Position numbers and translations under genes: made by a program. Shown here piece by piece: positions 11,656-23,900 of a DNA stretch of 64,000 bases. The notes beneath the pieces were generated by a model that was not told the origin of the DNA, ran no database searches, and worked only from the letters and a program-made list of their open reading frames with translations. Each line of letters begins with the position of its first letter. Within the stretch, counting starts at the first letter, position 1. This DNA is from Eledone cirrhosa (lineage: Eukaryota): assembly GCA_964016885.1 (NCBI GenBank), contig OZ024741.1, positions 255,254,001 to 255,318,000 of the forward strand, in the 5' to 3' direction.

Positions 11656-14600
11656 TTAATTGGTCAGTGCCAGTGTTGTTGTAGTTGTTGCTGTTTTCTC
11701 TGTCAGTGCCAGTGTTGTTGTAGTTGTTGCTGTTTTCTCTGTCAGTGCCAGTGTTGTTGTAGTTGTTGCTGTTTTCTGTGTCAGTGCCAGTGTTGTTGTT
11801 GTTGCTGTTTTCTCTGTCAGTGCCAGTGTTGTTGTAGTTGTTGCTGTTTTCTCTGTCAGTGCCAGTGTTGTTGTAGTTGTTGCTGTTTTTTGTGTCACTG
11901 CCAGTGTTGTTGTAGTTGTTGCTGTTTTCTCTGTCAGTGCCAGTGTTGTTGTTGTTGTTGCTGTTTTCTCTGTCAGTGCCAGTGTTGTAGTTGTTGCTGT
12001 TTTCTCTGTCAGTGCCAGTGTTGTTGTAGTTGTTGCTGTTTTCTGTGTCAGTGCCAGTGTTGTTGTTGTTGCTGTTTTCTGTGTCAGTGCCAGTGTTGTT
12101 GTTGTTGCTATTTTCACTGTCAGTGCCAGTGTTGTTGCTGTTGCTGTTTTCTCTGTCAGTGCCATTGATGTTGTAGTTGTTGCTGTTTTCTGTGTTAGTG
12201 CCAGTGTTGTTGTAGTTGTTGCTGTTTTCTGTGTCAGTGCCAGTGTTGTTGCTGTCGCTGTTTTCTCTGTCAGTGCCAGTGTTGTTGTAGTTGTTGCTGC
12301 TTTCTCTGTCAGTGCCAGTGTTGTTGTAGTTGTTGCTGTTATCTGTGTCAGTGCCAGTGTTGTTGTTGTTGCTGTTTTCTCTGTCAGTGCCAGTGTTGTT
12401 GTAGTTGTTGCTGTTTTCTGTGTCAGTGCCACTGTTGTTGTTGCTGTTTTCTCTGTCAGTGACAGTGTTGTTGTAGTTTTTGCTGTTTTCTGTGTCAGTG
12501 CCAGTGTTGTTGTTGCTGTTGTTGCTGTTTTCCGTGCCAGTGTTGTTGTAGTTGTTGCTGTTTTCTGTGTCAGTGCCGGTGTTGTTGTTGTTGCTGTTTT
12601 CTCTGTCAGTGCCAGTGTTGTTGCTGTTGCTGTTTTCTCTGTCAGTGCCAGTGTTGTTGTTGTTTTCTGTGTCAGTGCCAGTGTTGTTGTAGTTGTTGCT
12701 GTTTTCTGTGTCAGTGCCAGTGTTGTTGTAGTTGTTGCTGTTTTCTGTGTCAGTGCCAGTGTTGTTGTAGTTGTTGCTGTTTTCTCTGTCAGTGCCAGTG
12801 TTGTTGTAGTTGTTGCTGTTTTCTCTGTCAGTGCCAGTGTTGTTGTAGTTGTTGCTGTTTTCTGTGTCAATGCCAGTGTTGTTGTTGTTGCTGTTTTCTC
12901 TGTCAGTGCCAGTGTTGTAGTTGTTGCTGTTTTCTCTGTCAGTGCCAGTGTTGTTGTAGTTGTTGCTGTTTTCTGTGTCAGTGCCAGTGTTGTTGCTGTT
13001 GTTGCAGTTTTCTGTGTCAGTGCCAGTGTTGTTGTTGCTGTTTTCTCTGTCAGTGCCAGTGTTTTTGTTGTTGCTGTTTTCTGTGTCAGTGCCAGTGTTG
13101 TTCTAGTTGTTGCTGTTTTCTGTGTCAGTGCCAGTGTTGTTGTAGTTGTTGCTGTTTTCTCTGTCAGTGCCAGTGTTGTTGTAGTTGTTGCTGTTTTCTC
13201 TGTCAGTGCCAGTGTTGTTGTAGTTGTTGCTGTTTGCTGTGTCAGTGCCAGTGTTGTTGTTGTTGCTGTTTTCTCTGTCAGTGCCAGTGTTGTTGTAGTT
13301 ATTGCTGTTTTCTGTGTCAGTGCCACTGTTGTTGTTGCTGTTTTCTGTGTCAGTGCCAGTGTTGTTGTTGTTGCTGTTTTCTCTGTCAGTGCCAGTGTTG
13401 TTGTTGCTGTTTTCTCTGTCAGTGCCAGAGTTGTTGTTGCTGTTTTCTGTGTCAGTGCCATTGTTATTGCTGTTGTTGCTGTTTTCTCTGTCAGTGCCAG
13501 TGTTGTTGTTGCTGTTGTTGCTGTTGCTGTTTTCTCTGTCAGTGCCAGTGTTGTTGTAGTTGTTGCTGTTTTCTCTGTCAGTGCCAGTGTTGTAGTTGTT
13601 GCTGTTTTCTGTGTCAGTGCCAGTGTTGTTGTTGTTGCTGTTTTCTCTGTCAGTGCCAGTGTTGTTGTAGTTGTTGCTGATGTCTCTGTCAGTGCCAGTG
13701 TTGTTGTAGTTGTTGCTGTTTTCTGTGTCAGTGCCAGTGTTGTTGTTGTTGCTGTTTTCTCTGTCAGTGCCAGTGTTGTTGTAGTTGTTGCTGTTTTCTG
13801 TGTCAGTGCCATTGTTGTTGTAGTTGTTGCCGTTTTCTCTGTCAGTGCCAGTGTTGTTGTAGTTGTTGCTGTTTTCTGTGTCAGTGCCAGTGTTGTTGTT
13901 GCTGTTTTCTCTGTCAGTGACAGTGTTGTTGTAGTTGTTGCTGTTTTCTCTGTCAGTGCCAGTTTTGTTGTAGTTTTTGCTGTTTTCTGTGTCAGTGCCA
14001 GTGTTGTTGTAGTTGTTGCTGTTTTCTTTGTCAGTGGCAGTGTTGTTGTTGTTGCTGTTTTCTCTATCAGTGCCAGTGTTGTAGTTGTTGCTGTTTTCTC
14101 TGTCAGTGCCAGTGTTGTTGTTGTTGTTGCTGTTTTCTCTGTCAGTGCCAGTGTTGTTGTTGTTGCTATTTTCACTGTCAGTGCCAGTGTTGTTGTTGTT
14201 GCTATTTTCACTGTCAGTGCCAGTGTTGATGTTGTTGCTATTTTCACTGTCAGTGCCAGTGTTGTTGTTGTTACTGTTGCTGTTTTCTGTGTCAGTGCCA
14301 GTGTAGTTGTTGTTACTGTTGCTGTTTCCTGTGCCACTGCCAGTGTTATTGTTGCTGTTGTTGCTGTGTTGTCTGTCAGTGCCAGTGTTGTAGTTGTTGC
14401 TGTTTTCTCTGTCAGTGCCAGTGTTGTTGTAGTTGTTGCTGTTTTATGTGTCAGTGCCAGTGTTGTTGTTGTTGCTGTTTTCTGTGTCAGTGCCAGTGTT
14501 GTTGTTGTTGCTATTTTCACTGTTAGTGCCAGTGTTGTTGCTGTTGCTGTTTTCTCTGTCAGTGCCAGTGATGTTGTAGTTGTTGCTGTTTTCTGTGTTA

Positions 14601-17600
14601 GTGCCAGTGTTGTTGTAGTTGTTGCTGTTTTCTGTGTCAGTGCCAGTGTTGTTGCTGTTGCTGTTTTCTCTGTCAGTGCCAGTGTTGTTGTAGTTGTTGC
14701 TGCTTTCTCTCTCAGTGCCAGTGTTGTTGTAGTTGTTTCTGTTTTCTGTCTCAGTGCCAGTGTTGTTGTTGTTGCTGTTTTCTCTGTCAGTGCCAGTGTT
14801 GTTGTAGTTGTTGCTGTTTTCTGTGTAAGTGCCACTGTTGTTGTTGCTGTTTTCTGTGTCTGTGCCAGTGTTGTTGTTGTTGCTGTTTTCTCTGTCAGTG
14901 CCAGTGTTGTTGTTGCTGTTTTCTCTGTCAGTGTCAGTGTTGTTGTAGTTGTTGCTGTTTTTTGTGTCAGTGCCAGTGTTGTTAGAGTTGTTGCTGTTTT
15001 CTCTGTCAGTGCCAGTGTTGTTGTTGTTGTTGCTGTTTTCTCTGTCAGTGCCAGTGTTGTAGTTGTTGCTGTTTTCTCTGTCAGTGCCAGTGTTGTTGTA
15101 GTTGTTGCTGTTTTCTGTGTCAGTGCCAATGTTGTTGTTGTTGCTGTTTTCTGTGTCAGTGCCAGTGTTGTTGTTGTTGCTATTTTCACTGTCTGTGCCA
15201 GTGTTGTTGCTGTTGCTGTTTTCTCTGTCAGTGCCAGTGATGTTGTAGTTGTTGCTGTTTTCTGTGTTAGTGCCAGTGTTGTTGTAGTTGTTGCTGCTTT
15301 CTGTGTCAGTGCCAGTGTTGTTCCTGTTGCTGTTTTCTCTGGCAATGCCAGTGTTGTTGTAGTTGTTGCTGCTTTCTCTGTCAGTGCCAGTGTTGTTGTA
15401 GTTGTTGCTGTTTTCTGTGTCAGTGCCAGTGTTGTTGTAGTTGTTGCTGTTTTCTGTGTCAGTACCAGTGTTGTTGTTGTTGATGTTTTCTCTGTCAGTG
15501 CCAGTGTTGTTGTAGTTGTTGCTGTTTTCTGTGTCAGTGCCACTGTTGTTGTTGCTGTTTTCTCTGTCAGTGCCAGTGTTGTTGCTGTTGCTATTTTCAC
15601 TGTCGGTGCCAGTGTTGTTGTTGTTGCTGTTTTCTTTGTCAGTGCCAGTGTTGTTGTTGTTACTGTTGCTGTTTTCTGTGTCAGTTCCAGTGTTGCTGTT
15701 GCTGTTTTCTGTGCCAGTGCCAGTGTTATTGTTGCTGTTGTTGCTGTTTTCTGTGTCAGTGCCACGGTTGTTGTTGCTGTTGTTGCTGTTTTCTGTGTCA
15801 GTGCCAGTGTTGTTGTTGCTGTTTTCTGTGTCAGTGCCAGTGTTGTTGTTGCTGTTGTTGCTGTTTTCTGTGCCAGTGTTGTTGTAGTTGTTGCTGTTTT
15901 GTGTGTCAGTGCCGGTGTTGTTGTTGTTGCTGTTTTCTCTGTCAGTGCCAGTGTTGTTGTTGTTGCTGTTTTCTCTGTCAGTGCCAGTGTTGTTGTTGTT
16001 GCTGTTTTCTGTGTCAGTGCCAGTGTTGTTGTAGTTGTTGCTGTTTTCTGTGTCAGTGCCAGTGTTGTTGTAGTTGTTGCTGTTTTCTGTGTCAGTGCCA
16101 GTGTTGTTGTAGTTGTTGCTGTTTTCTCTGTCAGTGCCAGTGTTGTTGTAGTTGTTGCTGTTTTCTCTGTCAGTGCCAGTGTTGTTGTAGTTGTTGATGT
16201 TTTCTGTGTCAATGCCAGTGTTGTTGTTGTTGCTGTTTTCTCTGTCAGTGCCAGTGTTGTAGTTGTTGCTGTTTTCTCTGTCAGAACCAGTGTTGTTGTA
16301 GTTGTTGCTGTTTTCTGTGTCAGTGCCAGTGTTGTTGCTGTTGTTGCTGTTTTCTGTGTCAGTGCCAGTGTTGTTGTTGTTGCTGTTTTCTCTGTCAGTG
16401 CCAGTGTTTTTGTTGTTGCTGTTTTCTGTGTCAGTGCCAGTGTTGTTCTAGTTGTTGCTGTTTTCTGTGTCAGTGCCAGTGTTGTTGTAGTTGTTGCTGT
16501 TTTCTCTGTCAGTGCCAGTGTTGTTGTAGATGTTGCTGTTTTCTCTGTCAGTGCCAGTGTTGTTGTAGTTGTTGCTGTTTTCTGTGTCAGTGCCAGTGTT
16601 GTTGTTGTTGCTGTTTTCTCTGTCAGTGCCAGTGATGTTGTAGTTGTTGCTGTTTTCTGTGTTAGTGCCACTGTTGTTGTTGCTGTTTTCTGTGTCGGTG
16701 CCAGTGTTGTTGTTGTTGCTGTTTTCTCTGTCAGTGCCAGTGTTGTTGTTGCTGTTTTCTCTGTCACTGCCAGTGTTGTTGTAGTTGTTGCTGTTTTCTG
16801 TGTCAGTGCCAGTGTTGTTGTTGTTGCTGTTTTCTCTGTCAGTGCCAGTGTTGTTGCTGTTGCTGTTTTCTCTGTCAGTGCCAGTGTTGTTGTAGTTGTT
16901 GCTGCTTTCTCTGTCAGTGCCAGTGTTGTTGTAGTTGTTGCTGTTTTCTGTGTCAGTGCCAGTGTTGTTGTTGTTGCTGTTTTCTCTGTCAGTGCCAGTG
17001 TTGTTGTAGTTGTTGCTGTTTTCTGTGTCAGTGCCACTGTTGTTGTTGCTGTTTTCTCTGTCAGTGCCAGTGTTGTTGTAGTTTTTGCTGTTTTCTGTGT
17101 CAGTGCCAGTGTTGTTGTTGTTGTTTTCTGTGTCAGTGCCAGTGTTGTTGTTGTTGCTGTTTTCTCTGTCAGTGCCAGTGTTGTTGCTGTTGCTATTTTC
17201 ACTGTCAGTGCCAGTGTTGTTGTTGTTGCTGTTTTCTGTGTCAGTGCCAGTGTTGTTGTTGTTGCTGTTTTCTTTGTCAGTGCCAGTGTTGTTGTTGTTA
17301 CTGTTGCTGTTTTCTGTGTCAGTGCCAGTGTTGTTGTAGTTGTTGCTGTTTTCTGTGCCAGTGCCAGTGTTATTGTTGCTGTTGTTGCTGTTTTCTGTGT
17401 CAGTGCCACGGTTGTTGCTGTTGTTGCTGTTTTCTGTGTCAGTGCCAGTGTTGTTGTTGCTGTTTTCTGTGTCAGTGCCAGTGTTGTTGTTGCTGTTGTT
17501 GCTGTTTTCTGTGCCAGTGTTGTTGTAGTTGTTGCTGTTTTCTGTGTCAGTGCCGGTGTTGTTGTTGTTGCTGTTTTCTCTGTCAGTGCCAGTGTTGTTG

Positions 17601-20400
17601 TTGTTGCTGTTTTCTCTGTCAGTACCAGTGTTGTTGTTGTTGCTGTTTTCTGTGTCAGTGCCAGTGTTGTTGTAGTTGTTGCTGTTTTCTCTGTCAGTGC
17701 CAGTGTTGTTGTAGTTGTTGATGTTTTCTGTGTCAATGTCAGTGTTGTTGTTGTTGCTGTTTTCTCTGTCAGTGCCAGTGTTGTAGTTGTTGCTGTTTAC
17801 TCTGTCAGTGCCAGTGTTGTTGTAGTTGTTGCTGTTTTCTGTGTCAGTGCCAGTGTTGTTGCTGTTGTTGCTGTTTTCTGTGTCAGTGCCAGTGTTGTTG
17901 TTGTTGCTGTTTTCTGTGTCAGTGCCAGTGTTGTTCTAGTTGTTGCTGTTTTCTGTGTCAGTGCCAGTGTTGTTGTAGTTGTTGCTGTTTTCTCTGTCAG
18001 TGCCAGTGTTGTAGTTGTTGCTGTTTTCTGTGTCAGTGCCAGTGTTGTTGTTGTTGCTGTTTTCTCTGTCAGTGCCAGTGTTGTTGTAGTTGTTGCTGTT
18101 TTCTCTGTCAGTGCCAGTGTTGTTGTAGTTGTTGCTGTTTTCTGTGTCAGTGCCGGTGTTGTTGTTGTTGCTGTTTTCTCTGTCAATGCCAGTGTTGTTG
18201 TTGTTGCTGTTTTCTCTGTCAGTGCCAGTGTTGTTGTTGTTGCTGTTTTCTGTGTCAGTGCCAGTGTTGTTGTTGTTGCTGTTTTCTGTGTCAGTGCCAG
18301 TGTTGTTGTAGTTGTTGCTGTTTTCTGTGCCAGTGTTGTTGTAGTTGTTGCTGTTTTCTGTGTCAGTGCCAGTGTTGTTGTAGTTGTTGCTGTTTTCTCT
18401 GTGAGTGCCAGTGTTGTTGTAGTTGTTGCTGTTTTCTCTGTCAGTGCCAGAGTTGTTGTAGTTGTTGCTGTTTTCTGTGTCAGTGCCAGTGTTGTTGTTG
18501 TTGCTGTTTTCTCTGTCTGTGCCAGTGTTGTTGTAGTTGTTGCTGTTTTCTGTGTCAGTGCCAGTGTTGTTGCTGTTGTTGCTGTTTTCTGTGTCAGTGC
18601 CAGTGTTGTTGTTGTTGCTGTTTTCTGTGTCAGTGCCAGTGTTGTTGTTGCTATTTTCACTGTCAGTGCCAGTGTTGTTGTAGCTGTTGCTGTTTTCTGT
18701 GTCAGTGCCAGTGTTGTTGTAGTTGTTGCTGTTTACTGTGTCAGTGCCAGTGTTGTTGTAGTTGTTGCTGTTTTCTCTGTCAGTGCCAGTGTTGTTGTAG
18801 TTGTTGCTGTTTTCTCTGTCAGTGCCAGTGTTGTTGTAGTTGTTGCTGTTTTCTGTGTCAGTGCCAGTGTTGTTGTTGTTGCTGTTTTCTCTGTCAGTGC
18901 CAGTGTTGTTGTAGTTGTTGCTGTTTTTTGTGTCAGTGCCAGTGTTGTTGTAGTTGTTGCTGTTTTCTCTGTCAGTGCCAGTGTTGTTGTTGTTGTTGCT
19001 GTTTTCTCTGTCAGTGCCAGTGTTGTAGTTGTTGCTGTTTTCTCTGTCAGTGCCAGTGTTGTTGTAGTTGTTGCTGTTTTCTGTGTCAGTGCCAGTGTTG
19101 TTGTTGTTGCTGTTTTCTGTGTCAGTGCCAGTGTTGTTGTTGTTGCTATTTTCACTGTCAGTGCCAGTGTTGTTGCTGTTGCTGTATTCTCTGTCAGTGC
19201 CAGTGATGTTGTAGTTGTTGCTGTTTTCTGTGTTAGTGCCAGTGTTGTTGTAGTTGTTGCTGTTTTCTCTGTCAGTGCCAGTGTTGTTGTAGTTGTTGCT
19301 GTTTTCTGTGTCAGTGCCAGTGTTGTTGTTGTTGCTGTTTTCTCTGTCAGTGCCAGTGTTGTTGTAGTTGTTGCTGCTTTCTCTGTCAGTGCCAGTGTTG
19401 TTGTAGTTGTTGCTGTTATCTGTGTCAGTGTCAGTGTTGTTGTTGTTGCTGTTTTCTCTGTCAGTGCCAGTGTTGTTGTAGTTGTTGCTGTTTTCTGTGT
19501 CAGTGCCACTGTTGTTGTTGCTGTTTTCTCTGTCAGTGCCAGTGTTGTTGTAGTTTTTGCTGTTTTCTCTGTCAGTGCCAGTGTTGTTGTAGTTGTTGCT
19601 GTTTTCTCTGTCAGTGCCAGTGTTGTTGTAGTTGTTGCTGTTTTCTGTGTCAGTGCCAGTGTTGTTGTAGTTGTTGCTGTTTTCTCTGTCAGTGCCAGTG
19701 TTGTTGTAGTTGTTGCTGTTTTCTCTGTCAGTGCCAGTGTTGTTGTAGTTGTTGCTGTTTTCTGTGTCAATGCCAGTGTTGTTGTTGTTGCTGTTTTCTC
19801 TGTCAGTGCCAGTGTTGTAGTTGTTGCTGTTTTCTCTGTCAGTGCCAGTGTTGTTGTAGTTGTTGCTGTTTTCTGTGTCAGTGCCAGTGTTATTGCTGTT
19901 GTTGCTGTTTTCTGTGTCAGTGCCAGTGTTGTTGTTGTTGCTGTTTTCTCTGTCAGTGCCAGTGTTTTTGTTGTTGCTGTTTTCTGTGTCAGTGCCAGTG
20001 TTGTTCTAGTTGTTGCTGTTTTCTGTGTCAGTGCCAGTGTTGTTGTAGTTGTTACTGTTTTCTCTGTCAGTGCCAGTGTTGTTGTAGTTGTTGCTGTTTT
20101 CTCTGTCAGTGCCAGTGTTGTTGTAGTTGTTGCTGTTTTCTGTGTCAGTGCCAGTGTTGTTGTTGTTGCTGTTTTCTCTGTCAGTGCCAATGTTGTTGTA
20201 GTTATTGATGTTTTCTGTGTCAGTGCCACTGTTGTTGTTGCTGTTTTCTGTGTCAGTGCCAGTGTTGTTGTTGTTGCTGTTTTCTCTGTCAGTGCCAGTG
20301 TTGTTGTTGCTGTTTTCTCTGTCAGTGCCAGTGTTGTTGTTGCTGTTTTCTGTGTCAGTGCCATTGTTATTGCTGTTGTTGCTGTTTTCTTTGTCAGTGC
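11656..20400 (+). repeat. Third (partial) copy of the block repeated at 31471 and 46264, lacking the internal 1.65-kb duplication
   Basis: It starts with the same GTTTAATTGG marker. GTTTACTCT 17797 and GTTTACTGT 18733 match 39151 and 40087 (+21354). Near-identical 287-aa translations occur at 17797, 39151 and 54064. Confidence 0.85.
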
Positions 20401-20969
20401 CAGTGTTGTTGTAGTTGTTGCTGTTTTCTCTGTCAGTGCCAGTGTTGTTGTAATTGTTGCTGTTTTCTGTGTCAGTGCCACTGTTGTTGCTGTTGTTGCT
20501 GTTTTCTGTGTCAGTGCCAGTGTTGTTGCTGTTGTTGCTGTTTCCTGTGTCAGTGCCAGTGTTGTTGTTGTTGCTGTTTTCTGTGTCAGTGCCAGTGTTG
20601 TTGTTGCTATTTTCACTGTCAGTGCCAGTGTTGTTGTAGTTGTTGCTGTTTTCTGTGTCAGTGCCAGTGTTGTTGTTGTTGCTGTTTTCTCTGTCAGTGC
20701 CAGTGTTGTTGTAGCTGTTGCTGTTTTCTGTGTCAGTGCCAGTGTTGTTGTAGTTGTTGCTGTTTTCTGTGTCAGTGCCAGTGTTGTTGTTGTTGCTGTT
20801 TTCTCTGTCAGTGCCAGTGTTGTTGTAGTTGTTGCTGTTTTCTCTGTCAGTGCCAGTGTTGTTGTAGTTGTTGCTGTTTTTTGTGTCAGTGCCAGTGTTG
20901 TTGTAGTTGTTGCTGTTTTCTCTGTCAGTGCCAGTGTTGTTGTTGTTGTTGCTGTTTTCTCTGTCAGTG

Positions 20970-23900
20970 CCAGTGTTGTAGTTGTTGCTGTTTTCTCTGT
21001 CAGTGCCAGTGTTGTTGTAGTTGTTGCTGTTTTCTGTGTCAGTGCCAGTGTTGTTGTTGTTGCTGTTTTCTGTGTCAGTGCCAGTGTTGTTGTTGCTATT
21101 TTCACTGTCAGTGCCAGTGTTGTTGCTGTTGCTGTTTTCTCTGTCAGTGCCAGTGTTGTTGTAGTTGTTGCTGTTTTCTCTGTCAGTGCCAGTGTTGTTG
21201 TAGTTGTTGCTGTTTTTTGTGTCAGTGCCAGTGTTGTTGTAGTTGTTGCTGTTTTCTCTGTCAGTGCCAGTGTTGTTGTAGTTGTTGCTGTTTTCTGTGT
21301 CAGTGCCAGTGTTGTTGTTGTTGCTGTTTTCTCTGTCAGTGCCAGTGATGTTGTAGTTGTTGCTGTTTTCTGTGTTAGTGCCACTGTTGTTGTAGTTGTT
21401 GCTGTTTTCTGTGTCAGTACCAGTGTTGTTGCTGTTGCTGTTTTCTCTGTCAGTGCCAGTGTTGTTGTAGTTGTTGCTGCTTTCTCTGACAGTGCCAGTG
21501 TTGTAGTTGTTTCTGTTTTCTGTGTCAGTGCCAGTGTTGTTGTTGTTGCTGTTTTCTCTGTCAGTGCCAGTGTTGTTGTAGCTGTTGCTGTTTTCTGTGT
21601 CAGTGCCACTGTTGTTGTTGCTGTTTTCTGTGTCTGTGCCAGTGTTGTTGTTGCTGTTTTCTCTGTCAGTGCCAGTGTTGTTGTTGCTGTTTTCTGTGTC
21701 AGTGCCAGTGTTGTTGTAGTTGTTGCTGTTTTCTGTGTCAGTGCCAGTGTTGTTGTAGTTGTTGCTGTTTTCTCTGTCAGTGCCAGTGTTGTTGTAGTTG
21801 TTGCTGTTTTCTCTGTCAGTGCCAGTGTTGTTGTAGTTGTTGCTGTTTTCTGTGTCAGTGCCAGTGTTTTTGTTGTTGCTGTTTTCTCTGTCAGTGCCAG
21901 TGTTGTTGTAGTTGTTGCTGTTTTCTCTGTCAGTGCCAGTGTTGTTGTAATTGTTGCTGTTTTCTGTGTCAGTGCCAGTGTTGTTACTGTTGTTGCTGTT
22001 TTCTGTGTCAGTGCCAGTGTTGTTGTTGTTGCTGTTTTCTGTGTCAGTGCCAGTGTTGTTGTTGCTATTTTCACTGTCAGTGCCAGTGTTGTTGTAGCTG
22101 TTGCTGTTTTCTGTGTCAGTGCCAGTGTTGTTGTAGTTGTTGCTGTTTAATGTGTCAGTGCCAGTGTTGTTGTAGTTGTTGCTGTTTTCTCTGTCAGTGC
22201 CAGTGTTGTTGTAGTTGTTGCTGTTTTCTCTGTCAGTGCCAGTGTTGTTGTAGTTGTTGCTGTTTTCTGTGTCAGTGCCAGTGTTGTTGTTGTTGCTGTT
22301 TTCTCTGTCAGTGCCAGTGTTGTTGTAGTTGTTGCTGTTTTCTCTGTCAGTGCCAGTGTTGTTGTAGTTGTTGCTGTTTTTTGTGTCAGTGCCAGTGTTG
22401 TTGTAGTTGTTGCTGTTTTCTCTGTCAGTGCCAGTGTTGTTGTTGTTGTTGCTGTTTTCTCTGTCAGTGCCAGTGTTGTAGTTGTTGCTGTTTTCTCTGT
22501 CAGTGCCAGTGTTGTTGTAGTTGTTGCTGTTTTCTGTGTCAGTGCCAGTGTTGTTGTTGTTGCTGTTTTCTGTGTCAGTGCCAGTGTTGTTGTTGTTGCT
22601 ATTTTCACTGTCAGTGCCAGTGTTGTTGCTGTTGCTGTTTTCTCTGTCAGTGCCAGTGGTGTTGTAGTTGTTGCTGTTTTCTGTGTTAGTGCCAGTGTTG
22701 TTGTAGTTGTTGCTGTTTTCTGTGTCAGTGCCAGTGTTGTTGCTGTCGCTGTTTTCTCTGTCAGTGCCAGTGTTGTTGTAGTTGTTGCTGCTTTCTCTGT
22801 CAGTGCCAGTGTTGTTGTAGTTGTTGCTGTTATCTGTGTCAGTGCCAGTGTTGTTGTTGTTGCTGTTTTCTCTGTCAGTGCCAGTGTTGTTGTAGTTGTT
22901 GCTGTTTTCTGTGTCAGTGCCACTGTTGTTGTTGCTGTTTTCTCTGTCAGTGCCAGTGTTGTTGTAGTTTTTGCTGTTTTCTGTGTCAGTGCCAGTGTTG
23001 TTGTTGCTGTTGTTGCTGTTTTCCGTGCCAGTGTTGTTGTAGTTGTTGCTGTTTTCTGTGTCAGTGCCGGTGTTGTTGTTGTTGCTGTTTTCTCTGTCAG
23101 TGCCAGTGTTGTTGTTGTTGCTTTTTTCTCTGTCAGTGCCAGTGTTGTTGTTGTTGTTTTCTGTGTCAGTGCCAGTGTTGTTGTAGTTGTTGCTGTTTTC
23201 TGTGTCAGTGCCAGTGTTGTTGTAGTTGTTGCTGTTTTCTGTGTCAGTGCCAGTGTTGTTGTAGTTGTTGCTGTTTTCTCTGTCAGTGCCAGTGTTGTTG
23301 TAGTTGTTGCTGTTTTCTCTGTCAGTGCCAGTGTTGTTGTAGTTGTTGCTGTTTTCTGTGTCAATGCCAGTGTTGTTGTTGTTGCTGTTTTCTCTGTCAG
23401 TGCCAGTGTTGTAGTTGTTGCTGTTTTCTCTGTCAGTGCCAGTGTTGTTGTAGTTGTTGCTGTTTTCTGTGTCAGTGCCAGTGTTGTTGCTGTTGTTGCA
23501 GTTTTCTGTGTCAGTGCCAGTGTTGTTGTTGTTGCTGTTTTCTCTGTCAGTGCCAGTGTTTTTGTTGTTGCTGTTTTCTGTGTCAGTGCCAGTGTTGTTC
23601 TAGTTGTTGCTGTTTTCTGTGTCAGTGCCAGTGTTGTTGTAGTTGTTGCTGTTTTCTCTGTCAGTGCCAGTGTTGTTGTAGTTGTTGCTGTTTTCTCTGT
23701 CAGTGCCAGTGTTGTTGTAGTTGTTGCTGTTTTCTGTGTCAGTGCCAGTGTTGTTGTTGTTGCTGTTTTCTCTGTCAGTGCCAGTGTTGTTGTAGTTATT
23801 GCTGTTTTCTGTGTCAGTGCCACTGTTGTTGTTGCTGTTTTCTGTGTTAGTGCCAGTGTTGTTGTTGTTGCTGTTTTCTCTGTCAGTGCCAGTGTTGTTG